A DNA stretch of 64,000 bases from Takakia lepidozioides (lineage: Eukaryota; Plantae; Bryophyta). The DNA lies in assembly GCA_030704615.1 (NCBI GenBank), contig CM060731.1, forward strand, positions 6,138,001 to 6,202,000. The letters are read 5' to 3'. A program made the position numbers and the translations under genes. How positions within the stretch are numbered: position 1 is the stretch's first letter; every line of letters begins with the position of its first letter. Below the pieces are notes generated by a model. The model made no database searches. It had not been told where the DNA came from and saw only the letters and a program-made list of their open reading frames with translations. Of the stretch, positions 47,852 through 62,317 are shown one piece after another.

Positions 47852-49158
47852 GGACTCGAATGCTCCCGTACCCCCACTCCCTGCAGTAAGCAGTTAGACC
47901 TTTTTTCCCAAAAGTGCTAAAGTGTAAGCTGCAGTACGGAGACGACGGGTTTGGGAACGAGCTGCGCTGGGGATAGGCAAGCCACTCGTGGGTGCCTTTA
48001 CCGCACACTTTATGTGACCACGAGGGCACGAGGGCCGTGCTGAATACTGACCCTTATTACATACTAGATGTGCAGGTTCCGACAACTCATCATTCCTCCA
48101 CCGAGGAAGTCTCTAACTATTAGGAATAGAAAGTATTTCTTCGTTTCCTCACTCCCTTAAACGGCGGGCCGGGTACAAGGAAGCTCTATGGCATTATCAG
48201 ATCCTTTAGAAAGTACTTGGTAATAAGTTGCTAAACAAAGGCAAATTGCAGACCGTTCTCTATATTAGATATGTTCCCTTCCAAATAATATGACCAGCAG
48301 CAAGGGGATGTTGGATACTTGAGATATCTTGTACACGATTTCCATACCTTCGGCAGTTAAGATTCAGTCCCTGCCCTGCCTAGATGTTTGTTCAATCCAA
48401 GCAAACTCCACTGAGTTCAAAATGCTCGCTGCTGTATTCAGGCAATCAGAAAACAACATGAACCCTCTGGATGGAATGAAAGGTGACTATTTTCACAGTG
48501 AATAAGGGGCCCAGGTTTGAAGGGGGTGAAGGGGGGTGTGAGGATTAGACCAGAGTGCGCCACTCAGAATCTTGCAGCAACCAAAGAAATAGAGAACCAA
48601 TAAACTAAACAACATAGGTGAGTTTAATAGATAAGAGAGGAGGGGGCTATGCAAACAACCGGATGAGCAGATGAGTGGCCAACCAATGTAGTTGGAGAAA
48701 CACTACAATAGATACACTGGAAGCCAAACCCCGCAAAGGCCACCAGGATTGCAAACATGGGATTTAGTGTTATGTGCAGCCCTTGCGACGGACCCGCGCC
48801 CCGACCTCTAGCCTCCCCACACACTTTAAAATTCCCCCTATACTTAACTATCACCGGCCTGCAGTGTAGCTACGACGTGCCTAGCCCTCCGAGCCTAGCT
48901 CACGCTTTGAAAGTGTGAGCGCAGGTTGGTGTTGTAAGGAATGAGGACCTATACCCGAGGACATAGCCAAGATGACCTAATAGCTTTTTTCCCATGATGA
49001 CAGGGGCAAAAGCACCCAGTTCTCACAAAAATTATCACATGTCCGTGGAAATGGATAGGTGTCCGCGGAAATAGGTCCGTATTTGCGGTAATGGGCCCAA
49101 TGGTGGAATGTGAGCCTGACAGGCGCACGGGGCTAGGCTCACATTCTAGCATCCCCCC

Positions 49159-49185
49159 TATATATATATATATATATATATATAT
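49159..49185. repeat. (TA)n microsatellite
   Basis: About 13 TA units. Confidence 0.9.
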
Positions 49186-50003
49186 CGTCAACAACCAAAG
49201 TTAGCATTAATAAGAGCCTTTTCCCCTTTCGGGTACTTTCCCTCTGGGGTGGGCTCTATCAAAGAGGACCAACCTACCACCTGATCAGGCACTTTCAATC
49301 TTGTGTTTGTGGAGGATGAGAGTGGTAAGTGATCTGTTAGCTGTAAAGTGTAGAGGTATGACCAAAAAAGTTTAATGGTGACTATATGAGGTAGTTTCAG
49401 GATATTAATATTTCCACTTTACAATAAGATTGCACCTTCCACTAGTGTGGCTCACCAAAACTTCCAAGTTGAAGAGGGTTATGAACACCTTCCTCCATAT
49501 TTCAGTTTGTTGATACTTCTTCCATCCACAAAAATGGGAGATGGGAAGATGTGTTAGCTATTTGAGGAGGCTGATTCCTTGCACAAATAGAAGAATGTGC
49601 AGTCCAGTCTGCAAAACAGCCATCCTGTTGAAAGCGATCATTGGTACACACTCGCTCGTGTGAGCACAATCCCGATTATAGGTTGTACCCAGCATTAGGT
49701 CTTCCAGCGTAAATAGGCTCGTTACTACTAATAGTTCTTTCATCTTCATAGCTTGCACATTTGTGCATCAAGTGACGAGTCCTCTCTTTTAGCAGCAAAA
49801 TGTACAGTGTAGGTAAGTCCAGACTACTAAGATTGTTGTAGCAACATTTACAAGGAAAGAACAAGTCTGCTGGAAATGGTTCCTAAGCATGCTCTCAGTG
49901 TCTTCACAACCCAACAAGCCTATATAAACGTTCAGAATCCAGCAAGATGTGCTTGAGGTTTTGTTGGTGCACTGGCACTTGATGCAACTCTTCCCCAACA
50001 GCA

Positions 50004-52777
50004 TTACACCTGATTGCCATTGTGCAACCCATGCCCATTTGCTGGCCCATGGGCGCCTTGCCCGTCGTCCGTGTTCATATCAAGTGCCTTGGAAGAGAGT
50101 TGTCGACGGCGGTGCAACCATAAAATCCAAGTGATTGCTTCAAGCAATAAGCTGGTGACACCCAAGAGAATAAGGATTGCAATGTATGCGTAGCGCCACT
50201 TGTGTGCAGCTCCCAAGATCTTAAGTCCTTCAAAGATGTTAACTATAATGAGTATGATCGTGGTGTAACCAATTGTTCGATGGTAGACATTCCAGAACTT
50301 CCGCACCTTGTGATCCTTCCTCGGCCTTAACAGTATAGCAAGCATCTGCCACGCAAAGACATCACAGCAAGAATGGGAAAACTGCTTGCTGAAGGCACAT
50401 AGGCTGCTGATTTGGGCAGAGCAGAAGGGCCACGACCATCACTCAAGGCGCTACATGGCTCCTAATGATGCAGCAAGTACTTGGTTTTGTGTTCCGTTGG
50501 GAACTTCCTTAGTGGAGAGAGGAAAACGGTTATGTACAGATTGACCACTCTGTGGCTACTGAAATCCCTTGACAACAAACCCCAGGCGATCAACTTCCCA
50601 AGCCAGTTATGGTGTTTAAACCACCAAAGGAAGAACTAAGGCAGTGTTTGCCATAGCTCACACAGAGTGCCATTCTAGTTAAAAGGAAGTCAAATTCCAA
50701 TATCATTGCTGGCTTTGACCTCAAGTTGGACTGAGAACTGTGGGCCCCTCACACTGGTGTTTGCACATACAGCGATGGAGCTTGCTAGCCTCACTGGTGC
50801 AAAAAGGGCCAAGAGAAAGACAGAGAGGGCATAAAATAAAGAGGGGGCAAGTTTCATACCTGGAGCGTCGCCAAGGCAAATATACGCATGCCCAGGTTGC
50901 GATGCTTGTGGATGATTACACCTGTCTTATGCTGGAGCTGGAGACCGAGAGCCCAGCCTGCAATACCGAGGATGTAGCCAATGCTTTGGCAACTCACATG
51001 CACATAGAACCACAGGGGATTTGCAAAAGGGCGCACATAGCGGGCTGCCATCACACCCAGAGGAAGAAGTATACCCCAAGATACTGTATTGATAATCCCA
51101 TGCCTCTGCTCAAGCAAAAAAAGCCAAGACAAATTAATTGCTCATCAGCGTAAAGTGTTGCGGCTCAAACATTATAGTAACGATGACATTCACACTGAAT
51201 TACTGATATTCTTGTATAAGGGTATGCACCATGACCACGGTAATAAACACTAAAAAGATTCAAGAAGCGAAGAAAGGGAAAGCCATATATTTCAATTTTA
51301 GGGGTCTATCTAGCATATTTGTTTAGATAAAATAGCAAACTGTAAAACTGATTGATCCTATTTGCTGTATTATTACATGATTACATTCCCTGAGCTGATT
51401 GGACTCCACAGAATGAAGTAGATGGGATTTAGACACCTGAGGATAATCAGAAGCTGTTAGGCAACGTAGTTGTACGGCGGTTACAGACCCACAGTACTCA
51501 TGAGCCTATGTGCATAAGCATTTCATCCTGGATTAGCTATCCTTGTCCATCCAGTGAATATGTAAGGCCTGCAGTCTGCACCTGGAACCATGCCAAGTAA
51601 GGGCTCGAAGGTTCCAGTTTGCTCTTGGATGATTTGGGGACACACTTTCAATAGTGTTGGAGCACCACCTTCATTGAGGTTGGCTCAGTATTAGCTGATG
51701 AAAGGAGGACTCTTGTAGGAACAGATAGAAACACATGGCAAGTCACATATCCAAAACAGAAAGAAGAGTTTAGCCAGATGATGGTGCAGGCTCTAGGTTC
51801 AGAGCAGAACAGCTAGTTAGAATATTGAACAGCATCTGCTCCTTAAATGTTCAATCACACTGTCCAAAGGGAAATCACTTACATTTTTAAGCTTCGTTGT
51901 AGCATCACCTTTGATAATTATGCTAGCTCCAGTGGTCATATTAATAGCTGCCTTACTAGTGAGGTCATCAGCATTTGTAAGGTCATGTTGAGATGGGGCG
52001 AAGGTGCAGAGTGTAACTTGGGAGCCACGTTCCACACATGGTTCAATTCGAGTGTCTGGTTTGGTTTGAGATGCAAGGTTGTGAAGATTGTCACTTGCAA
52101 TCCTGTCATCTCTGCTGTATAGTCTGTGAAATTGACATCAATTAGGCCCGGAAGCAGACTTTTCCCAAAGTTTCGGACATCATCCGTCACATTGTATGTC
52201 TTAAATGTCATTTTGCCAGAGTCCATGAAGGTAATAAGCGCTTGGGTGCCAGCCATTTGAATCCCCCTTGGATTTATGCCCCAGCCCCACCATTCCATTT
52301 GTTGATAGTGCAGTCTCTACACCAAAAACACAAAGGACAAGTGCACAATAATTGTCAGATTACCACACCTAACAAACTCATTTGTCAGAAAGGTAACAAT
52401 GTCACCTGTCAGATGCATCACTCATCTAGTACTCCGGCACATGTACGAAGCTTCCTGGAGGGGCCTAAGGGAGAGGGTCCAGAGGCCTTTGCCCAAAACC
52501 TTAGTAATACAAGAATTCCAATAACATAAGCTTCCAACGATGATACAAGCAAGTATATCCAACATGAGTAAGCAACGTGAGTAGGCTAAACATAGTCCAC
52601 CCCTAATAGCTCATCACTGAGTTATCAAAGCATGAATAAAAATGGAGACCAGAGACATACCTGAAAAAGCAAACTCTATGGTGTTATTTGCTCGTTAGAG
52701 GGAGTCCATGCACAAGAGTGGCCCCTAGCTTTTGCAGATCCTGACATATTGCGAAATGCCTGTTGGACGAGTAGGTT
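50004..52777 (-). pseudogene. DOMON + cytochrome b561 domain protein (AIR12/CYBDOM family); DOMON exons frameshifted, b561 exons open
   Basis: Exons about 52777-52661, 52316-51882, 51107-50859 and 50346-50004. DOMON: WGINP..MAGTQAL and NHVWN. b561: HGIINTVSWGILLPLG, WFYVHVSCQ, HRNLG and RPRKDHKVRKFWNVYH. Frameshifts near 52700-52720, 52295 and 52030; the signal-peptide start was not found. Confidence 0.8.
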
Positions 52778-55664
52778 TTAGCCCAGAGTCTGAGCTAAGA
52801 GGTCACCCTGGTGACGAGGGCTCGCATGAACGCACACAAGATTTCTGTTGTTGTGACCGTTATCCATGTCCACCATGACGGCATCCCGTCTACTGGTCAA
52901 TAATTGCAGTCCCCGGGTGGCTACTAAAGGATTTTGACCTCGCCTCTTTAATTTGAGCTGTACCTTCCTTCTCAAGTGACTTTCTATCCAGTGTCCTTCC
53001 GCTCCAATCTCCGAACACCTTGAAATCGCCAAGAGATCCACAGCATTCCGTTCTCGGGAAATTAGAGCCTCCTTGTTACCAACTTAACTGTCACAAAAAG
53101 AGATGCTCTGCGTAGTTATAGCATATTAATTAAGACATGTGCAAGCGGCACCGCCAGCGCCTCTTCCAACAGAAAACTGATGGCCTCCCGAACTGTGTGC
53201 TGAACTGGGCAGGGTTAAAATCTGACTGACGGCCCCCACCAACAACGAACTCTCTGCACCTCTTCCAAGTTCCATGGTAGACGCTAAAGAGGGATACAAC
53301 TTGAAAAATGGAAGAACCCAACACCTTATGACGAATTCTTCGCTCATTCCTTGGCGGGGTAAAATTTTCAAAGCAACACTAAGAGGGAGGAACCAAGGAG
53401 AGCATCAGAAGCTCACATGTCCTCCGCCTCTAGAGTGCAGTAAGCTAGATGTGAAAGTATCCAATTCCACTTACACGAATGGAATTCACAAATGCAGATA
53501 GGACGTAAATAAAATAAGTGGAGCTCTAGTGCAGAAGGAGAGCTGGGTTCTCAGTACGAGGGCAGAAAATGCTAACGTAGAACTTAGGAATGTGGCACTG
53601 GAGAAACTCGACACTAAACAAGAGAAGAAGAAAGCACTAAAACTAAAACCCAGATACTACTCCTCAAGCTCAACAAGGACCCTTCGCACTGCATGCAACG
53701 CTTCCGAGAAGAGAGTCTCAAACAGCCCGCTCTTAAGTAGTCCAGCCCCAGCTATGAGCGAGAGGACCTTCGAGACACACCACCTATAACTCTGTAACTA
53801 GTTAATAGTAACTAGTAGAACCAAAAAACACGAAAAGGAAAAACTCACTTTACTCACAAAGGACTTTTTCACACCGTGGCGTATTTGGAATTACTTTCCT
53901 TATCCTGGAATATTAAACTTAATCTAAAAAAGGAAAAAGAAAACAGTTGTCATCGCACATTGACCCAGTCGTGTGCATGGTTGATGACGTGTAAACTGAA
54001 ATAGGAAGGTAGGTAGGCATACCGTACCCCATACCGAATATACGATGCACTCATATCTAGGTACACGTTGAGAGGTATACGTACGAGGTACACCAACTTT
54101 GTCATCCATCCGTGAGTGGATGAATAGCTCCCCATGGATGAACACTTTGAGCCAGGAGAGGTGATGTGAGTGGGTTACAGGGCCCGTGCAACACCGACAC
54201 GTGGCAACTGGTGCTGATCGTGCTGGTCGATCGGGATAACGGTTACAGTTAGGGTTAGCGGGTTGCAAGTTTTTACAACGCAAGCAGCTTGTTAGTGTAA
54301 CAAGCTGCTACAGGCAGGCACCTACCTACCACGCAGCAGATACATACTCTCTTATTACTGATGATGTAGCCGGTACGCTGTGGCCCACCAAGCTTTTCGG
54401 GCAGCACCGCCTTGTCAGGGGGAGCGATGACGATTCCGCTCGAGACCCGAAAGCAGGGAAGAATGTTTAGGGAGAAGGCTGGGCAGGGGGACTCACTAGC
54501 TCCAACGATGGGACCCATTGGAATTATGGAAGAGCCAGAAGAACACAATGTAACGGGTCAACGTTTCGGTCGCTTAGAACAAAAAGAGATGGATTCTTGC
54601 GAAAGCAAGCCTAGAAGGGTTGCCGCCTTCCAAGTAAGTGGACGCCTTCAATCTGGGTGACTAAACATGTGAGATGAAATGGAGTGAGAGACAGAGATTG
54701 TTGTGAAAGCGAATGAAGGGTACAAAATGCATGCAAAAGGAGCCGCATTTTGTACCATGGATAAATTTGTCGGTGTTCTTCGTTCTCAGTTGGTTTCTGG
54801 CAATATATGAGTCTACGCAACACACCAAAGTCTCTGGCTGTGACAGCGTATTGTGAAAATCGTCGAAAACGCTGGTCATCAAACTGCTTCTGAGAAGATC
54901 TACGTTGCTAGCGTGCGATTCTTCTCCATATCGCAACAGCCCTGGATTTCCTGGGTACGGGTGTTGTATGTGATCCTCGGTCCGCCCATTACCAAGTCTT
55001 GCTGATGTGGGCTACCGTGGGCTACCAACCGGAGATCTGTCAACCCACAGTCAAATGTACTTAATCATAACCGATTCAAGGGGGCATTCACATCAGCAAG
55101 TACAATGAAAATACACCTGGTCAGATCCATTTTTTTCTTCACTACCGGAGAATATACAGATGAAAAAAGACTGCATTTTGCGGTGAATTAACATAAAACA
55201 AAGAAAGATCCAGCCCTCATCTACTATGGGTGCCCTGGGGCGGCTTCCATCAGGCAGTTGTGAGGTCTTCAGAAACATGCACGGAGCAACTTCTTTATTT
55301 TGTGTCCTCAGTGTAATCGAGCACAGAGAGGCCAAGTGGAGAAAAATTTGAGTCTAGCTCCACAACAGCCATTAAAGTGAAGGGCCGACATCAGCTAGAG
55401 TTACTCCTTGACAAAGAAATCAGCTTAAGAAACCAGGATTATTCTGTGATTAGGAAAAAAAATACATTCAAATCACTAACAATCTACTAGGGATTCTCTC
55501 TCGATTTGCCTCTTAACATGTGCTGGTGAAACAAGGCTGGGTTTCTGTCTAATACTCCTGCCATACAAATTCTCTACCAGCTAAGGGAAATCACTCTAAC
55601 AAGCATAAGTGTCTCAATTTCATAGATCTCATTGAGGTCCCTTTGAAGTTAAATGAAGGAAGGT

Positions 55665-58600
55665 CTAGGGAGCTGTCTTGCCTTTTAATGTCCGCATTAA
55701 AGCAATAACCATCTTATAGAACCAAAAGAGGTTCATTATCGCCAGGCCTGGGGGTGCCGTGAATAAAAAGTAAAATCCGACCGTATGAAGTTGTCTCACC
55801 TGTCCAGCACCCACAGAGAACCTTCCAACTAAGTTCAAGGAGTCACCACCAGGTTTGATATCAAATGGTGCAATGCAGTAGCACTGCTCTCCATGATCAA
55901 AGCTTCTTGAAAAATGTGCCAGAAGGTCAGTCCTGTCATACTAACAGTAGCTGCGTATGTATAAAAGCTACAGAATAAACATAGTTTTTGATATCAAGCT
56001 GGATTCTCTGTGATGCAGGACATTACAGTTTCTTTCCTTTCCTTTTTATACAGGAGAGTGCAAGTAAGTGGGTGGATTGAATGTCCTTGAACATGTGTAC
56101 CCTTGTGAGCTCTTGCTTGGTATGAAGCATAAGGAAACAAATGAAATGAAATGGTGCTTTATAACGTCCACGGAAAGCTCATAGAGCTTATGGTACAAAA
56201 TGGAAGAAAACATGAGAGAGGAAACAAAACCAAAGCCAAGAGTAAGAACTATTGTTCGAGTGATTGTCTAAGGCTGAAGGCCTCGTGAAAGAAAGAAACT
56301 TTACGCTGTCGACGGGAAGCTTAAAGAGCTTATTAAAGTAGGGTACAAGAAAAGTGGTGGAGGGAGGAGGGAGGCAGATGTACACCTGGTCAAAGTGGGA
56401 GTAAATGTGGAGGAAGAAATATATGAATAGTAAAATGCGGGCACCCTGCAAAACTCAACACGTTTTTCAGACATCTGTAGATAACTGCTGCCATGGTCTG
56501 ACTGATATACCGTTCCCCTCCCTGCTATCCCTCAATAACCAAGCATAAAAGATTTAGTTCTCATGCATCGCACAGAATCCAACAACCACTGTGCACCTTG
56601 TGTGCGATTAGATGGCCTTACAAATTTAGTTTCCGTCAATATATATTGGTAACAGAAACCATTAGCAAGGAGTACAAAACAAAAAAGTGTGGACAGGAAA
56701 TGTTTACCAGCCATAACAGGATAAGACCCACTCCGTTGATAAAATATGCTCTTGTCTTCTTGAGCCCTGACACTGCCAAATACCTACACAGGCCAATTTA
56801 CCGGAGACCACCAACCCCTTAGCATTTTCATGACCCTGTATCTCCTACTTTGTCTCTCTCCCCTCCATGTCTGCACAGTGGTGGCTCAATGATTGTGGGA
56901 GGGGAGGAGGGGTCTCAAATGGACAGCGTAGTCAAGAGATCCCTGTGCTTCCTTCCTACACATATATTGGTGTTGAGTTTTAATCCAGTTGCAACTGGGA
57001 CGCACATATACAGAAAGTGATTCAAACAGCTAGACGCAAAGCTTTGGGTCTCACTAAATTTTTCCACTGCAGAGGGATTAATACCGAAGTTAAAAGGACC
57101 ATGCTTTGCAACGTTATTAGGCCTGCCTCGGAGTATGCATCTAAAAGATCTGGAGAATCCATTCAAGTTGCGGTGCTCAAACACATCCTCTCAGCTTGCT
57201 CTAGAACAGCTAACGTGACTGTTCGGGGCAATTTTGGCAAACCTCCCTTAAGCTCTCGATGTGAGGAGATCGGGCTGAGATGGCATGGTCAGTTTAATTC
57301 GCGTGTCTAATACAGATACCCTAAGATAATCGACTCTATTGGAAGCAAGACCGTCCTGTTAAACAAGTGAAGTCCTGGCGGATAAGGGTAGAAGGGATTT
57401 TCAAGTATGTGAATATTAGACCAGAAGAATTGACCCTGCCAGATGAAGCTGACCTGAAGGTTGTAGTGTCTAAAGCCATGTCGGATGCCCAAAGACTGTC
57501 AATGAAATGAAGTTTGGCATAAAACATCTCTGAACTAGATTCCAGTTTGTGACATGGGCGAGGACTGTAAGGATTATCTAAAGGGCCTGCCTACCCTAGG
57601 CACTAGACCGAAATTTAAAGTCAGGGCAGGGAGCCTAAACAATAAACAGATGCGGAGAGGAAAGGAAGTTGTAATTGCCCGACGTGCAGCCCTGACGACA
57701 ATATCCATTTTCTGATACGTTGTCTGGAGTATTCTCACCAGAGGGTGACCCTCTGGTGGAACATCGAGAAAATTGACGGCAGCTCACACACAGCAGATTG
57801 ATGCTTGTGTGAAGGGCTTTCTGGATGATATCTGGAAAAACCGAACTAGTTGTTTCTACCGAGGGTAAGTCCCACTACGGAGGAGAGCCCCTCACAAGGT
57901 AGTGTCTGTTCCCTTTTGCTGCGCCCAAACTGGGCGAAGGGTGTGGCTACAGCAAACAACGTCTTGTGAGTACACACTCCCAACAATATAACCATGTCTG
58001 TGACTGTGCCGCATCCCTCTGCAACTCTTTCCAACTATGTCTACAAAGATTACCAGTTGATGAAAACCTTCCTAGCATTGATGAGCAGGATATCTCATTT
58101 CTACATGTATCTGCCAGAGTAGTAGTCAGTTAGGCCCACCAGCGAAGATTGATGAAAGGTGTAGTGCTCTCCGACAAGAGAACAAGGTAAATGTAGATGT
58201 GGGCATGCCCACTGTGCATGGACAGCACCAGTGAACCCAAAGAAAGAAAATGATGTATCAGCTGCCCCCCCACCACCAAGGAAAACAAAAGAAAACTATG
58301 AGTGGGCAGTTTACAGAAGTAGAAGTCTATTACATCCACAGGAGCAAGAATGAGAACGACCTATAAAAAAAAACCCTAAACATTGCTCAGGGACTCGGTG
58401 GTTCATGCAAGGGAGAAAGAAAGAAAATAAAGAACAGGAATCAACTTTAAAAGAGAGAGAATCAGAAGAGCATGTTGGAAACCCCAAAACTTTGAGAGAC
58501 AGAAGAACAAGCAGAAATTTATCCCACAAGAAGAAGAAATTTTGTAGAAGCTCACAAGCTATTAGCCACTGAGATTATACCTCTACAAGAAGAATTCATC

Positions 58601-60198
58601 TTCACCCTAAGTTTTCCCTTTCTCCAGACAACAGGTGATTGTTGGTAAGTTTTAGTGACTGTCAACGTACAGTAAACGAATTCAAATCGAGTGCTATTAT
58701 GCAGAGTGCGAGGAACATTCAGGAGCACCTAGTGTATCTCAGCAGCATCACAATCACAAAGCACCTGGTTTATAATACAGTCATTGACAATTTTTGTGGA
58801 AAGAGAGGCGAGATGAGACTCACATACTCATAGCCCCCTAATGATGGATAGAAGTAGCTGATCATGCCCATGTCAGCAACGAAGTAGCCACATGAAAACT
58901 GTCAAAAAGACGCAAACACGAGACCTCAACCCATACGTCAGTGTGCGAAGAACAAGCTGGTTACAGGTTGCCATCTGCTACAGCGCCCTCTCTCAATTTG
59001 TTCGTCCTTATAAAGATAGCCAATATCTTGGAAAGTGTTGTAAAGAACCCCAACACTTCACATGGTACCAACGCAACTTGCCAAACAAACTACCAAAGCA
59101 AATTCAAGGTAGAGGTAACAAACAAACACAAAGAGAAGGTGGGGATTTCTTACTCCAAGCACAAATTGAGAAAACAGAGTGCTACGAAACACAACAGGAC
59201 CATATGGAGCACCGTCATAGAAGATATCACTTATATAAAGCACGTACACTGCAGCAATTGTCACCACAATTGCGTGGACTGTTGAGAAAGATCTGCAGCC
59301 ATCCATCCACAAAACATGCATCCATTTAAGCTTTACCAGCTTGTCTCTTGATGGCAAACTATGCTGTCAATGTACTTCACACTTCCCAGCAAAGTACAAC
59401 CAGATGCTGTGGCCATGGCACTGGAAACTGAGTTATTTTAGAAGTTGAAAACCTGGCATTCAAATCTTTGAGGGGAACGTGGGCACAAAGGAGAGAAGGT
59501 GCAAACCTGTTATTCCATTCCAATCTGTCCCGTTTTGAAAGACTTTGATATCCTTTAAAGTAAATTTGGCTTTCAGCTTTTGAAATCTCATAGACCTGCA
59601 TCTCCCAAATGCCGGTCTCAGCTTGGACCAACGCAATGCAGTAATTGGCACATGAGATCAAAATACTCTCGTAGATATGAAATCCATCTAAACTCAGCAA
59701 AAATGGAGAGCTCACATACTCATGGACCATTCCCAGTGAATATTGGCTATAGCGTACGTTCCAGGGGCACAATCCACAGGATATTAGCCTTAATGGAACA
59801 GGGTGTGGGTTTTCAGCCAGCGGAGAAAGAAAGAAACAAAGCTCTTGTCTGCGGGAGGGAGAGCGGAGAGAGACATGGAAAACATTTCCTGAAAAGTGCA
59901 GTCACCTAGTGCATTTGTCAGTTTGAGGTAAACCATGTAGAAGCACCAATGTGTTGAATGTAAAAGAAAGACAAAAAGTGGAGGTGCAATGGGGGTTGTG
60001 GAGATAGCTTTCAGATTACATCAAAAGAGCCCCTCCTAGCTTTCTCAACAGTATGAACAGCCAGAGACAGGAACGCACAAGCTTACACATAAGGATGCCA
60101 GCCAATGGAGAGACAATCCAAAGTAGTGGTTCTCCTATCGGACTCCACCCTCCAAGCAGAGTATCCAATTCATCATGAAAAGGAACTGCCCTCCGCAT
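55665..60198 (-). CDS. TLC (TRAM/LAG1/CLN8) domain membrane protein, TLCD4/TMEM56-like, about 8 coding exons
   Basis: Spliced segments: MRRAVPF...MCKL; FKGYQSLSKRDRLEWNNR; SFSTVHA...; CGYFVADMGMI; LIHHFLSL...LLSESTTPFINLRW; YLAVSG..AYFING; GARILLFIYFF; final exon 55799-55665 APPGLAIMNLFWFYKM...*. Confidence 0.9.
57010..57850 (+). mobile_element. Decayed LINE ORF2 3' fragment in an intron of the TLC gene (antisense)
   Basis: Post-RT segment VIRPASEYAS...TANVTVRGNFG and KGLPTLGTRPKFKVRAG...CNCPTC; same family as 29230-29578. Confidence 0.65.
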
Positions 60199-62317
60199 CC
60201 TGTTTAATCTCCACCGCTCTTAACCCAGTGGGCTAAGGCGTCTGGTCTGGCAGACACTAGCTTCGGAGTTGGGAAATATTAGACTGGCTGCGAGTGGAGA
60301 TGGAAAACTTAGCAATCTATCCAGGGATTACAAATGACCACAACCTCGCTTTTGCCCTTGCAAGATTAACCACCATCTGTCAGAATGCAACAGGACGCAC
60401 ATTAAAAACATTCAGAGAGATAAACCTTGGCAGACCTCAATGTAGCTCAGTATTACCCTACACATTGACATCTATTTGCCTGGAAATCCTGCTGCTGGAA
60501 GAGAAATGGCCACCAATGTCCCTGCTCCGATGGGCAGAGTCTTCTTCACTGAGTTCATGCCACTGCAGGCAGATATTGCCTATCTAGAGGAACCAGCAAC
60601 AAGTGCAAAGATGTGCAAGCCGCTTGGAAACAATGCACACAAACTGAATCCAACATATGTTAACAAGATGCAATTTTGGATGCTCCTACACCCCTGAGAA
60701 GAATAGCATACACAAGACCATTCTCAATTTCCACAGCATCATGAGAGGATGTGAATCAGCTAGTGCCATTCCACACAAGATAAATGTTGGTAATCAGTGT
60801 GATTTTTGCAAAGTGGCTGCAGCTTTGTGAACCTTTTCAAGTAGTCACAACGGTCTGTTGTTTAAGAACTGCTGCACAGATTGTCTAATAAAAAGTTACA
60901 GAGATTTTGAGAGAACTCCTACATAATCCTAGCCTGAATTCGGAACGGAAGGACCAGCAATTTTCGCGTTTCCTCTTAGAGCATGCACAGAACCTCGCGA
61001 CCAAATTGGTAAAACTGGCGTGACCAATTCTGTCTATTCGAGTAGTGAATAAGAAGGATATGATCTGAAGCAATTTCGCTTCACACCTGCACTGGTTGCT
61101 TCCGCTATAGTAATTCACATTGAATCTTGAACAACAGCTGATATAAATCGTTATGGAATCGAGAGCAGGCCCCACTGAAAAAAAGTGTGATGAACATCCT
61201 TTACTATCTACGCTAGCGACGGGCTTACTTGAATAAAAGCTGGGAACAACTGAAACCGCAGTGGAAGCTGGGACCAAAACCTGGATCAGGTGTACAAACA
61301 GCGAAGAAACATTCAAGAACTCCAGAACACGGTTGGAGCATGTTGTTCCCCTTCCCAAGCATCTGGAAGTGGTAACATCGTGGGACGACCTCCACACGGA
61401 TTTCGTCAGAGCTCGACTCTTTTAGTCCCACGACAATCGTGTGAGGAAGGGAAGTGGCTAGACAGATCTAGTCTCAAGCGTGTTGCTTGCCCGGTGCCTC
61501 CTCATAAAAAGAAGGGCCTTATCCTACTACCATTTATCTTGCCAAGCAGAGGGCGCCTCGACAAAAAGCCATTTTCTTGGGGGTAAAGCTGCCACGCACG
61601 CTGGCTCACTCGGAGGCGACCAGACTTCGTCGCATAAAGACAGAAAGCATTAATAAGGACAGATCCCAATACCAGAGTCATTGACAAGCAGCATTCAAGA
61701 CTGTACCATGTCTATGCACGAGCGGAGTCGGGAAGCAGAGACGACATCGACACCTCCATTTCCACACTCGCAGCTCGCTACGTCGTCTTTGCCATCGTCC
61801 CGCCAGCTGCCCTCCTCTCTCCCCCGCCACCTGTCTGTCACGGCTCTAAACACTACAACCTTCGTCCTACGTGGCACGTGGAATTGAAGGCGGATGAATG
61901 CTGGACAGATGGCTCAGATGAAGGCGCGCTCATCCGTACAGTTGGATGGATGCAGTTGAGAAAGGCACGGATGAATGTTGGCCACAGAACGGACACCTTC
62001 CTTCCAGACTTTCAGCTTAGGATCGGTGAGCAGGTTGGTACGAACGGACCTCCGGCTCGGAGTCCATCAATATTGCAATATTATTATGATATATTAATAA
62101 AAAATCATTTAATGAGAATATTGAGAAAAATAATAATTGATTCATAGCCGTTAAGATGGTTCAAGGTTCAAATTCCAAGCCTGCTAAGCCTAAAGAAGAT
62201 GAGAAATCGACTCAACAGACCTCCATCAGTTAGGGTTAATAGTTAAGAGGCGGAGAGCAGCCGTCTTCGCAAGGTGAGCTCGTGTGTGTGGGAAGCTTTC
62301 TTCCCTACACAGGATCG

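Noticed and set aside
45821-60198. Triterpene biosynthetic gene cluster (SHC + b561 + TLC)
   Set aside because: No P450, acyltransferase or glycosyltransferase; the neighbours are generic genes and one is disrupted.
60200-62150. Short ORFs between the TLC gene and IMPDH
   Set aside because: No recognisable domains; the composition fits 5' UTR, intron and promoter of the TLC gene.
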